Assembly (NCBI GenBank): GCA_018812345.1
Contig: JAHJDR010000176.1
Location: 1-34,234 of the forward strand
Source: a bacterium
GTDB taxonomy: Bacteria; UBA10199; JADGCS01
DNA length: 34,234 nt
Direction of reading: 5' to 3'
Shown here: positions 8,567 to 17,599 of the stretch, in pieces
How the letters are laid out: each line of letters opens with the position of its first letter
Position numbering within the stretch: the first letter of the stretch is position 1
Notes under the pieces: model-generated
Databases searched by the model: none
The model's input: only the letters and a program-made list of their open reading frames with translations
Told to the model about the DNA's origin: nothing
Program-made: the position numbers and the translations under genes

Positions 8567-9661
8567 TTATTCACCCATATCTTTAGGCTCAAGTTTTACA
8601 TTGATTTCTTGAAACTTTTTAATCAAATCTTCTTTATCAACGCATTTAAAATAGGCATCTTTTGGTTCAACCACTTTATTTTTCACTAATTCTTGAAGGC
8701 TGGCATTGAGCAAAATACACCCATTAGCACGGTTCATCTGCATGAGAGATTCTAATTGATGCGTCTTACCATCACGAATGTTTGCGGCAATGGCATGGGT
8801 CATTATGAGCACTTCCAGAGCGGCCACACGCCCACCACCAATTTTCTTGAGTAGATTTTGGGCGATAACACCTTTTAGTGTTTCAGAGAGCATCATACGG
8901 ATTTGAGGTTGTTCTTCAACAGGAAACTGGTTGATTAAGCGGTCAACGGTTGTGGCTGCCGTAGTGGTGTGCAATGTTCCAAAAACTAAGTGGCCTGTTT
9001 CCGCTGTTTCAATGGCAATACGGGTTGTTTCTAAGTCACGCATTTCACCAACTAGAACAATATCTGGATCCTGACGGAGAGCCGCGCGCAGCGCTCTACT
9101 AAAACTTTCTGTGTGGTTATGTACTTCACGTTGATTGACCAAGCATTTGTAGTTGGGGTGCGTGAATTCAATGGGATCTTCAATTGTCAGAATATGATCA
9201 GAGCGCATTTTATTAATATGATCAACCATTGCGGCTAGAGTTGTTGATTTACCACTTCCTGTGGGACCTGTCACAAGAACCAAGCCTTTTGGAAGGGTAC
9301 AAAGTTTTAAAATATGTTCCGATAAACTAAGCTGTTCAGCTGTGATAATTTCTTCAGGAATGATACGAAAAACAGCACCAATACCTTTTCTATCAGCAAA
9401 AATATTCGCACGAAAACGGCCAACGCCTTCGAGTTCATAGGCAAAATCTGTGTCTGAACAGTCATTAAATTCTGTTAGATTTCTTTCAGGCATGATTTCT
9501 CGTAGCACTCTATCGAGAACATCATTTGTGAGCACCGCTTCCCCTTCAATCGGCTGCATTTCACCATCAATTCTTAGTACAGGAGGGCTAGACACACTCA
9601 TATGTATATCACTGGCTTTATTATCTTTCACAAGTCTAAAATATTTGTCCATTTCTGCCAT
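8567..9661 (-). CDS. pilT: Type IV pilus retraction ATPase, PilT/PilU family
   Basis: ASDIH, GPTGSGKSTTLAA, TIEDPIEF, LRQDPDIVLVGEMRDLET, AETGHLVFGTLHT; AAGGAG RBS. Confidence 0.93.
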   Translation of the reverse strand: MAEMDKYFRLVKDNKASDIHMSVSSPPVLRIDGEMQPIEGEAVLTNDVLDRVLREIMPERNLTEFNDCSDTDFAYELEGVGRFRANIFADRKGIGAVFRIIPEEIITAEQLSLSEHILKLCTLPKGLVLVTGPTGSGKSTTLAAMVDHINKMRSDHILTIEDPIEFTHPNYKCLVNQREVHNHTESFSRALRAALRQDPDIVLVGEMRDLETTRIAIETAETGHLVFGTLHTTTAATTVDRLINQFPVEEQPQIRMMLSETLKGVIAQNLLKKIGGGRVAALEVLIMTHAIAANIRDGKTHQLESLMQMNRANGCILLNASLQELVKNKVVEPKDAYFKCVDKEDLIKKFQEINVKLEPKDMGE

Positions 9662-9725
9662 GGAAACTCCTTGTAATTTAATAACTTATTACTATATTTT
9701 AGAGGTTTTTGATGAAATTGCAATG

Positions 9726-9758
9726 AAAAAAAAGAGCGCCAGCAAATGCTAGCGCTCT
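9726..9758 (-). terminator. Intrinsic terminator of the metallopeptidase gene
   Basis: AGAGCGCTAGCA-TT-TGCTGGCGCTCT stem followed by a T run on the minus strand. Confidence 0.8.
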
Positions 9759-9807
9759 CTAACCCTAAATACCCAAGGCTGTTTAACCGTACCCCAAAAA
9801 TTGAAAA

Positions 9808-11400
9808 TCAATCCCTTATTACGTAACCCCCCATAAGGCCGTCACTGCCTACTGTTATTGTGAGTGATCCCCCATTATCGTTGATGTCTTGACCAGAAAT
9901 GTTCAAGTACATCATGGAAAGTCCTGAAAGTGTGTCTGTAAAGTTTAAAGATGAAATGCTATGTTCGTTAGGACCTGAAAGAGTGGTGCTTCTATTGTCA
10001 TCTTGTGTGCTTCTTAAGTTAATGCCCTTGAAGTTATATTTGCTATTGGATGTTGTTCCCGTGTTAGAAAGATAAACAGCTAAACTAAATTGTCCCATCA
10101 CTTCTTGTAAGTCTTCTTCATCAGCTGAGTCGCCATAGAGGGCTGTAGCAACATTATCGAGACCTGTTTTATCTGTATCAAGTAAGAGATCAATGAGATC
10201 AGCGCCATCATGAACATTGCTTAAATTACCGATTTCAGCTTGTTCATAGATATAACGTAAGAAGAGGTAGGTGCCACCGCGTTGCGATAGTGAACTACCA
10301 CAAGAGAAACACGTATCTGCTACATTAGAAAGATAAGAGCTTACGCGTGAGGGATTTTCAATGCTTGTTTCAGTCATATAGCCTGTACTATCAATACTAG
10401 AGATATCTTCTGCAAGATGTGACAAACCTTCATTTAACCATGATTCTTCTGAACTACTACTATTGAGAAAATAGTGTTGGTTGAAGTTAATCATATGTTG
10501 AAATTCGTGGGGGAGTACTGTGGGGTAAATATTTGACATACAAAATGACTTGGTAAGAGCTGTACCATGGTCACCATCTTCATCAGGTACGAGGGTATAG
10601 AATACTTCCATTTCATTACTAACGCTGTATTGAGAGTCATCAAAGAGATCTACGGCATAGAAGAATCCTGTTACAATACCACCGGCACTGGCACCAAGTT
10701 CATTAACCGCTTGTGTAAAGAGAACGGCAAATTTACCATTACTATCTACATCAGACTCAGTTCCAAAGAGATTTTGCAATTGTGTGACTTCAAAATTATC
10801 TGCGAGCTCTTCAAGGTCATCGTCATTTATGGCATCCTCATTACGGGTATCTACATAAAATTCAAAATGGCTTGTGGTATAACGTAGTTCAGCAGTGATC
10901 GTGTCATAACTTGACGTAGAAGAGAGCGAGCTGAGTACTTTAAATGATTTTGTAGAGCCAACGCTTGTAGCATACTTTAAGAAAGAGCTTTTACCTTCTG
11001 ATGCGATGGCAGCATCATCAGAGATATTGCTTTCAAGAGATCTTATTTGTTGATGAAAGTCTTGAGTAATATCTTCTTCAAGATTGGCTTTTCCTAAGAA
11101 TTGAGAAGAAACATCTGGAGCTGACGTGCCAAGTTGAACGCCTGTAGCACTTGAGCTGGAATTATAACTATAAAGAACAAGCATGATGTCTTCATCATCT
11201 TCTACATCTGCTAAAGTAATCTCTGTTGAAGAGTTTTCTGAGAGGGTAAGGGCACTGATATTTCCAGCAACAACGCTGGTTGAGCTTGCAGAGGAATCTG
11301 AGGAGGATTCAAAAGAAGCGCTGCCACAATTTATAGAGATGAGCGCAACAATAATCATGATTCCTAAATGTGCTTGTTTATGTAATGCCCTTGTTGCCAT
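9808..11400 (-). CDS. Secreted/lipoprotein zinc metallopeptidase (M30-like gluzincin)
   Basis: HEFQHMINF zinc motif with downstream WLNEGLSH; DVDSNGK and GFFYAVDL motifs; hydrophobic signal with Cys (ISINCG) and Ser-rich linker. Confidence 0.82.
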   Translation of the reverse strand: MATRALHKQAHLGIMIIVALISINCGSASFESSSDSSASSTSVVAGNISALTLSENSSTEITLADVEDDEDIMLVLYSYNSSSSATGVQLGTSAPDVSSQFLGKANLEEDITQDFHQQIRSLESNISDDAAIASEGKSSFLKYATSVGSTKSFKVLSSLSSTSSYDTITAELRYTTSHFEFYVDTRNEDAINDDDLEELADNFEVTQLQNLFGTESDVDSNGKFAVLFTQAVNELGASAGGIVTGFFYAVDLFDDSQYSVSNEMEVFYTLVPDEDGDHGTALTKSFCMSNIYPTVLPHEFQHMINFNQHYFLNSSSSEESWLNEGLSHLAEDISSIDSTGYMTETSIENPSRVSSYLSNVADTCFSCGSSLSQRGGTYLFLRYIYEQAEIGNLSNVHDGADLIDLLLDTDKTGLDNVATALYGDSADEEDLQEVMGQFSLAVYLSNTGTTSNSKYNFKGINLRSTQDDNRSTTLSGPNEHSISSLNFTDTLSGLSMMYLNISGQDINDNGGSLTITVGSDGLMGGYVIRD

Positions 11401-11412
11401 ACTATTAATATA

Positions 11413-11429
11413 AGCAATTAAAGGGCCAA
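11413..11429 (-). promoter_or_regulatory. sigma54 (-24/-12) promoter motif
   Basis: TTGGCCCTTTAATTGCT (GG-N10-GC); 13 nt from the GC to the ATG. Confidence 0.7.
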
Positions 11430-11566
11430 AGCTGAATTAAGCAACAAAAACAAGGAGGTAGCGCAATTTCCCTGTTCGCGCGTTACATTTTAAATATAAA
11501 AAGATATATATAAATTGAAAGATTTATATGTAGATTTGAAGAAAGTGCCTGACGTATTATATAAAA

Positions 11567-11630
11567 CGTACTGCGTATTGCGTACTGCGTTGTGCGTCGT
11601 GCGCTTGCCCCGTTTACGGGGTACTGCGTT
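11567..11630. repeat. CGTACTG-type heptamer array with an 18-bp hairpin insert (11604-11621)
   Basis: CGTACTG CGTATTG CGTACTG CGTTGTG CGTCGTG CG[CTTGCCCCGTTTACGGGG]TACTG CGTT. Confidence 0.8.
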
Positions 11631-11633
11631 TTT

Positions 11634-11712
11634 GAATAGAGAATAATCAATAACCAAGTCTTTTCTTTACTTGGATATTGGATATTGATTATTGGATATT
11701 GTTTATTGAAGT
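11634..11712. repeat. Inverted pair of TTGGATA-type heptamer arrays
   Basis: GAATAGA GAATAAT CAATAAC CAAGT on the left; TTGGATA TTGGATA TTGATTA TTGGATA TTGTTTA on the right, next to the ATG. Confidence 0.75.
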
Positions 11713-11719
11713 TACTTAT

Positions 11720-13036
11720 ATGAAAGATATACTTGGAAAAACATTTACCTGCCCGGGTTGTGGGCAAGAGCATACAATTGATACGAAAGAACTCATTTAT
11801 GGGGGTGATCTGTTTAATTCTTTAATAGAGAAATTGCGTCTTGAAAAGGCTATTAAGAATATTACTTTGATTGCTGATATCAGAACAATGACTCTTTTGG
11901 GAAAAGATGTTGCTAGTCACTTAGTAAAAGCGGGCTTCAGCATGAATACAGTGATTGTTCCTGATGTGAATGGTCACTCACCTCAATGTGATGATACAAC
12001 AAGGCTAAAACTGATCACTCAGATTCCTGATTGTGATGCTTTATTGGCAGTCGGTAGTGGTGTGATAAATGATCTCACAAAATGGATTGCTCATGAACGC
12101 AGCCTTCCTTACTTTGTGGTAGCCACAGCAGCATCCATGAATGGTTATGCCTCTGCTAATGTTGCAGCATCACTTAATGGTGTGAAGGTTTTGATTAGTG
12201 CTACAGCACCACAATATGTTTTTGCTTCTCCTGAAATTATTGAGCAAGCCCCTGCAGAGCTTACCAGTGCTGGTTTGGGTGATGCTTTAGCAAAACCTGT
12301 GTCTACTGCTGATTGGAAGTTGAATAATATTTTATTCAATGAGTATTTTTGTCCTTTTGCTGTTGAGATTGTGGAGCAATTTGAATCCCTTTATTTTGAT
12401 TGTCCAGAAAAAATTAATAAAAAAGATTCTCAAACCATGAAAGCTCTTTTTAATGCCTTGTGTTACTCTGGAATCGCCATGACAATAGCGGGCACAAGTG
12501 CTCCGGCTTCTGGTGGTGAACACTTACTGTCACATACACTAGATATGTTAGCTTATCGTGATGGCAAAGAGCATGACTTGCATGGCCGGCAAGTGGGTTT
12601 GGGCACTGTATTGTCAGCAGCTCTTTATGAAGACGTTTTTAAACAAGAAAACATAACGTGGCAAAAACTCCCACGCGCTATTGATGAAAACTTTTGGGGT
12701 TCGCTATCAGAGGAAGTGGGCAAGCATTATCAGGATAAACTTGTGAAAGCAGATCAGGCCTATGAGCTTCTTAAAGAGCCTGGTAAATGGGATGAAATCA
12801 AAAAAGAAATTCAACCATATTTGCGTGATGCGCAGAAGATAAGAAACTGTCTAAAGGAAGCGGGCGCTGCCTATCGCATTGAAGATATTTGTGACTTAAG
12901 TGAAGAAGAGTTTACCAAAACATGGCTAAGATCCCATCAAATGAGAGCACGGTTTACGATATTGGATTTGGCTTTTATGGCTGGGGTGTTACCACACCAC
13001 ATCTTCAACTTGATTAAGCACATTCGCATACCGTGA
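11720..13036 (+). CDS. sn-glycerol-1-phosphate dehydrogenase (EgsA/AraM family)
   Basis: AVGSGVINDLTK, ATAASMNGYAS, AGLGDALAK, SGGEHLLSH, LHGRQVG; N-terminal CPGCGQEH. The ORF-track extension from 11678 is translated repeat. Confidence 0.9.
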   Translation: MKDILGKTFTCPGCGQEHTIDTKELIYGGDLFNSLIEKLRLEKAIKNITLIADIRTMTLLGKDVASHLVKAGFSMNTVIVPDVNGHSPQCDDTTRLKLITQIPDCDALLAVGSGVINDLTKWIAHERSLPYFVVATAASMNGYASANVAASLNGVKVLISATAPQYVFASPEIIEQAPAELTSAGLGDALAKPVSTADWKLNNILFNEYFCPFAVEIVEQFESLYFDCPEKINKKDSQTMKALFNALCYSGIAMTIAGTSAPASGGEHLLSHTLDMLAYRDGKEHDLHGRQVGLGTVLSAALYEDVFKQENITWQKLPRAIDENFWGSLSEEVGKHYQDKLVKADQAYELLKEPGKWDEIKKEIQPYLRDAQKIRNCLKEAGAAYRIEDICDLSEEEFTKTWLRSHQMRARFTILDLAFMAGVLPHHIFNLIKHIRIP

Positions 13037-13513
13037 GGCTACGAAGAGGTAGTCTGATAGGCGGTTCAAATACATTACACATAAAGGATCTACCACATCC
13101 TTTTTCGCCAATGTCACACATTTGCGTTCTGCGCGACGGCATGTGGTGCGCGCCATGTGGAGTATGCTCGCCAGTTTTGAGCCACCAGGGAGTATGAAAT
13201 TTTTAAGAGGTGGCAATTTTTCTTCATGTTGATCAATAAAAGTTTCTAAAGCCTGGATATGTTTTTCACTAAGATCGATTTTATCTTTTTGTCCTTTAGA
13301 GAGAAGAGAACCCAAAGACATAAGGTCTTTTTGAATAGTAACTAATTGTTCCTTAAGCGTCTTATCATCTGTATGGCTCGCAGCAAGTCCCAATGTGCTA
13401 TTGAGTTCATCAACATCACCATAAGAATCAACGCGTAAATGATCTTTTTCAACTCGAGACCCATCACAAAGACCAGTAGTCCCATCATCACCAGTTTTAG
13501 TATAGATTTTCAT
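12989..13513 (-). CDS. pduO: ATP:cob(I)alamin adenosyltransferase, PduO/MMAB type
   Basis: MKIYTKTGDDGTT, YGDVDELNS, FILPGG, ARTTCRRAER, YLNRLSDYLF. Confidence 0.95.
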   Translation of the reverse strand: MKIYTKTGDDGTTGLCDGSRVEKDHLRVDSYGDVDELNSTLGLAASHTDDKTLKEQLVTIQKDLMSLGSLLSKGQKDKIDLSEKHIQALETFIDQHEEKLPPLKNFILPGGSKLASILHMARTTCRRAERKCVTLAKKDVVDPLCVMYLNRLSDYLFVASRYANVLNQVEDVVW

Positions 13514-13989
13514 AATTCATTTTCCTTCTTAATGGCCTCTAGTTCTTCAACAATGACAAGATCTCTATGACGACCTAAAGTTTTTTTTGCTTTTATGAGA
13601 TCTTCTAGAGAGATAACAAAACAACGTCCCCCAAACAATTCTATTTCCTGAGAATTTTTGAGAATATCATAGTAATCACCAACACCTTCAACTTGAGTGA
13701 TAATATCAAGCACTCCTAGATCTGTTTCTAAATGTAAGTTATTAAATTTTTCAACATTTTGGTTATCTCGTTGAAATTGTGGTTTTTCTTTTTGTTTTCT
13801 ATGTCTTGGATTAATTGGTTCTAATGTTTTTTGTAGTAATATAATTTGTTCGTTAGATAATGTGAGGCAAATATCAATATCACGTGTTGTTTGATTGCAT
13901 CCGTGTATGACAGCAGCAAAACCTCCTACAATGACAAAGTCGATAGGGCTATGAATAAGAAATTTAAGAAGGTCTTGAAGATCTTGCAT
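13510..13989 (-). CDS. Small nucleotidyltransferase-fold protein (putative toxin)
   Basis: FVIVGGFAAVIHG...TTRDIDI, ISLEDLIKAK, GRHRD motifs. Confidence 0.8.
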   Translation of the reverse strand: MQDLQDLLKFLIHSPIDFVIVGGFAAVIHGCNQTTRDIDICLTLSNEQIILLQKTLEPINPRHRKQKEKPQFQRDNQNVEKFNNLHLETDLGVLDIITQVEGVGDYYDILKNSQEIELFGGRCFVISLEDLIKAKKTLGRHRDLVIVEELEAIKKENEL

Positions 13990-14155
13990 TCTTTTGTCTA
14001 CCTTTGCCTTTTATAAGGTTGATACAATTGAGTGTTTTTTGGTGTTGAATAACTCGAGCTTCATAAGAAAGCTTAAGATTATCTCGAAGAAGCCAGATAT
14101 CAATTTCTGCATGTTCTTTGGATAGTATTGTATGATTCTTACTAGCTGATTTCAT
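13964..14155 (-). CDS. Small protein, putative partner/antitoxin of the nucleotidyltransferase
   Basis: 63 aa overlapping the NTase start; IDIWLLRDNLKLSYEARV motif; TATAAT 5 nt before the ATG. Confidence 0.6.
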   Translation of the reverse strand: MKSASKNHTILSKEHAEIDIWLLRDNLKLSYEARVIQHQKTLNCINLIKGKGRQKNARSSRPS

Positions 14156-14217
14156 TGATGATTATACTAGATTTTGCAGATAAAAAAAGCAACCATGAAA
14201 AGGCCTACCCATTTTTG

Positions 14218-16116
14218 TTAACTCTGCAAAGCAATGATCAGCTCATTGAGCTTTTTAACAAAACCTGCTGGGTCTTTGAGTTGACCACCGTCACTTAATA
14301 TGGCTTGATCATAGAGTACATCAGACCAGGCTTGAAATTGTTTTTCATCTTTTTCGTCAGCCAATTTCTTTAAAATCATATGATCAGGATTGATTTCTAG
14401 GATAGGTTTATCAGTATCCATTTTTTGACCAGCGGTTTCAAAGAGACGTTTTAAACTGGGATCTAAATCATTTTGATCCGAGACAATACACGCTGGAGAT
14501 GTTGTGAGTCTTTGTGATACTTTAACTTCTTTAACAGTATCTTTAAGGGCTGTGCTCAGTCTTTTTGTGAGCTCTTCGTGGGTTTTGTCTGCGATGCTGT
14601 CTTCTTTTTTGTCTTCGTTTTTGTTAGTGCCATCTTTATTTAATTCAATATCGCCCTTAGACACTGATTGCAGTTTTTTACCTTTGTATTCACTCAGATG
14701 TGTAACCATCCAATGGTCCACACGGTCAGACAGTAATAAAACTTCAATTTCTTTTTTTCTAAAAATTTCTAAAAGAGGTGAGTTTTTGCCTGACTCAAAA
14801 GTGTCTGCTGTGATGTAGTAAATTTTATCTTGGTTGGGTTTGAGGCGGAAGATATAATCATCTAAAGAGACTTCTTGAGTGTTTTTGTCATCAAAAGTTG
14901 AAGAGAAAAGAGAGAGCTTGGCAATGCGTTCTTTATTGGGAAAATCTTCAACAACACCTTCTTTGAAAATAGCACCAAACTCTTTCCAGAACTTCGCGTA
15001 GTTTTCCTTTTTGTTTTTGGCCATATCCTCAAGGTGATCGAGTGTCTTTTTGACGGCGGTATTTCTAATAGATGAGATGATTTGATTTTCCTGTAATATT
15101 TCTCTTGAGATATTAAGTGGTAGGTCATCAGAATCAATCACACCACGGATAAAACGCAAATAACGAGGCAGAAGTTTGTCTGATTCATCCATAATAAAAG
15201 TTCGTTTTACATAAAGTTTAACGCCAGTGGGATGCTCTTTTGTCCATAAATCAAAGGGAGCTTTTTCAGGGATGTAAAATAAAAATGAGTATTCCAAAGT
15301 GCCTTCCATGCGGGCATGGATGTGGGTAAGGGGATCACCAAAGTCATGTGCTACGGTTTTATAAAACTCTTTGTACTCTTCATTCTTAATACCTGCTTTT
15401 GGTCTTCTCCAAAGAGCGCTGGCTTTATTAACCGTTTCTTCTTTTGTTGTTTTTTGTTTGTTTTCATCTTCTTCTTCTACAGTCATTGTGATGGGAAGGG
15501 AGATGTGATCTGAGTATTTTCGAATGATTCCTTTTAAAGTCCAGGCATCGAGAAATTCATCTTCGCCTTCCCTGAGATGTAGGGTAACATCTGTTCCGCG
15601 ATCTTCTTTATCATTTTTTGCGATGGTGTAATCACCTTCACCAATTGATTCCCAAATAATTCCTTCAGCTTTGTCTTCGCCTGCCTTACGTGTTTTAAGA
15701 GTTACCTTGTCCGCAATAATAAACGAAGAATAAAAACCCACGCCAAATTGACCAATGAGGTTGGCATCTTTTTTGTTATCACCTGTCAAAGATTCAAAAA
15801 ACTCTTTTGTGCCAGATTTAGCAATCGTACCAATATTTTGTATAACCTCATCGTGAGTCATGCCAATACCATTATCAGAAATCGTGAGTGTACGGTTTTC
15901 TTTATCAAAACTTATGTGAATTTTGAGGTCACTTTTACCTTCATAGAGCTTTTCATCAGAAAGAGCTAAAAATCTGAGGCGATCACACGCATCTGATGCG
16001 TTTGAGATGAGTTCTCGTACAGAAATTTCTTTATTGCTGTAGAGAGAATTGATCATAAGTTTCAGTAATTGTTTAACTTCTGCTTGAAAGCCATGGGTTT
16101 GTTTATCTGTAGTCAT
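14218..16116 (-). CDS. htpG: Molecular chaperone HtpG (Hsp90)
   Basis: FQAEVKQLL, RELISNASDA, DNGIGM, IGQFGVGFYS, DLPLNISRE, LEINPDH. Confidence 0.98.
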   Translation of the reverse strand: MTTDKQTHGFQAEVKQLLKLMINSLYSNKEISVRELISNASDACDRLRFLALSDEKLYEGKSDLKIHISFDKENRTLTISDNGIGMTHDEVIQNIGTIAKSGTKEFFESLTGDNKKDANLIGQFGVGFYSSFIIADKVTLKTRKAGEDKAEGIIWESIGEGDYTIAKNDKEDRGTDVTLHLREGEDEFLDAWTLKGIIRKYSDHISLPITMTVEEEDENKQKTTKEETVNKASALWRRPKAGIKNEEYKEFYKTVAHDFGDPLTHIHARMEGTLEYSFLFYIPEKAPFDLWTKEHPTGVKLYVKRTFIMDESDKLLPRYLRFIRGVIDSDDLPLNISREILQENQIISSIRNTAVKKTLDHLEDMAKNKKENYAKFWKEFGAIFKEGVVEDFPNKERIAKLSLFSSTFDDKNTQEVSLDDYIFRLKPNQDKIYYITADTFESGKNSPLLEIFRKKEIEVLLLSDRVDHWMVTHLSEYKGKKLQSVSKGDIELNKDGTNKNEDKKEDSIADKTHEELTKRLSTALKDTVKEVKVSQRLTTSPACIVSDQNDLDPSLKRLFETAGQKMDTDKPILEINPDHMILKKLADEKDEKQFQAWSDVLYDQAILSDGGQLKDPAGFVKKLNELIIALQS

Positions 16117-16208
16117 TTTTTGTTCCTTTAAGTACGTAAGAGGTTAAGTTTGTTAGTTTGTTCATTAATAATATTGATTTAGTTATTGTCAAGGTTTTGA
16201 GTCACAAT

Positions 16209-16239
16209 ACGCTAGACGCTAGACGCTAGACGCTAGACG
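16209..16239. repeat. Perfect heptamer array (ACGCTAG)4+
   Basis: Four exact units plus ACG, abutting the hflX stop codon. Confidence 0.92.
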
Positions 16240-17511
16240 TTAAGTTCTAGTAAGTGTTGAATATTCCGCGTATTTATTTTTCCATTTCTGGGGTAGGTTG
16301 ACCGTTACCAGGGTGCCTTCTTCTATGTTTTCACTCTCCATGACTGAGCCATGGGTGTAGATATCATTTAGAATTTTGCCTTTATCATGAGGGATAAGAA
16401 GGTTCATAACATTATAATAATGCTTATTAAGAGTTGTCTCAATTTTAGTCTGAAAATCATCAAGTCCTATTTCCTTAAGGCTAGATATCCTGGAAAGTAA
16501 TTCTTTGCTCTCATCAAAATGGCTTTTTTCTTGTTCTTTATCTATCAAGTCAATTTTATTCATGACTTTGATAATGGGTTTGTTGCTGAGTCCGAGTTCT
16601 TTAAGAATTTGTTCTACGGTTTGTATTTGTTGTGTGCGATCAGGATGACTGGCATCAATAACATGGACCAAAACATCTGAGTCAGCAACTTCTTCAAAAG
16701 TTGATTTGAAAGATTCAATGAGTTGGTGGGGCAGGTTGCGTATAAAGCCAACAGTATCTGAAATAAGTATGATTTGTCCTGAAGGTAATCGCAGTCTCTT
16801 TGTTTTGGGGTCGAGAGTTGCAAAAAGCTTATCCTCAGCGAGTTCATGAGCCTTGAGGAGGCTATTAAACAGTGTTGATTTGCCGGCATTTGTATAGCCA
16901 ATGAGCGAAACAGTTGGGATGGGTACAGCTTGTCTTTTGTTGCGATGAATTTCACGGGCGCGTGTGACTCGTTCTAGATTTTTTTTGAGCATGACAATGC
17001 GTTCACGAGCACGACGCCTATCAACTTCTAGTTGTGTTTCACCAGGGCCTCTAAAGCCAATACCACCTTGTGATTTCTTTAAATGTGTCCACGCACCGAT
17101 GAGTCTTGGCAGCAGATACTGGTATTGTGCAAGTTCAACTTGCAGTTTACCTTCTTTAGAACGAGCGCGTTGCGCAAAAATGTCAAGAATCAGGCCTGTA
17201 CGATCCACGACACGTATTTGCCACGTTTTTTCTAAGTTTCTGTTTTGAACAGGTGTTAGGTCTGTATCAATGATAATAAGATCAGGTTTAATAATAGCAA
17301 AGCGTTCTTTGAGTTCTTCTACTTTACCTTTGCCTAAAAACGTGGCTGTGTTAAATTGGCGTATTTCAACAAAGATATCTCCCATCAATACAGCGCCGGC
17401 TGTTTGGGTGAGATTTTTAGCTTCATCAAAACTTTCTAACGCATCATATTTATGAGTTTTACGATGATGATAAATGCCAATGACGTAGGCTTGTTCTGTT
17501 GTTTTATTCAA
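16240..17511 (-). CDS. hflX: Ribosome rescue GTPase HflX
   Basis: DRTGLILDIF, EGKLQVELAQ, RGPGETQLE, GYTNAGKST, LFATLDP, DTVGF, NKID. Confidence 0.97.
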   Translation of the reverse strand: MNKTTEQAYVIGIYHHRKTHKYDALESFDEAKNLTQTAGAVLMGDIFVEIRQFNTATFLGKGKVEELKERFAIIKPDLIIIDTDLTPVQNRNLEKTWQIRVVDRTGLILDIFAQRARSKEGKLQVELAQYQYLLPRLIGAWTHLKKSQGGIGFRGPGETQLEVDRRRARERIVMLKKNLERVTRAREIHRNKRQAVPIPTVSLIGYTNAGKSTLFNSLLKAHELAEDKLFATLDPKTKRLRLPSGQIILISDTVGFIRNLPHQLIESFKSTFEEVADSDVLVHVIDASHPDRTQQIQTVEQILKELGLSNKPIIKVMNKIDLIDKEQEKSHFDESKELLSRISSLKEIGLDDFQTKIETTLNKHYYNVMNLLIPHDKGKILNDIYTHGSVMESENIEEGTLVTVNLPQKWKNKYAEYSTLTRT

Positions 17512-17537
17512 TTTGATTCCAATTTAAAATATATACT

Positions 17538-17589
17538 GTCTAGCGTCTATCGTCTATTGTCTATCGTTACGCTAGACGACAGACGATAG
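17538..17589. repeat. Head-to-head CGCTAGA-family heptamer arrays
   Basis: GTCTAGC GTCTATC GTCTATT GTCTATC GT / AC GCTAGAC GACAGAC GATAG. Confidence 0.85.
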
Positions 17590-17599
17590 CGCGCATTGA

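Noticed and set aside
16117-16208. Heat-shock operator (CIRCE or HAIR) upstream of htpG
   Set aside because: No convincing match; only a TTGACA box with a weak -10
16209-16239. CRISPR interpretation of the tandem repeats here and elsewhere
   Set aside because: Units are 6-8 nt with no unique spacers, and no cas genes are present
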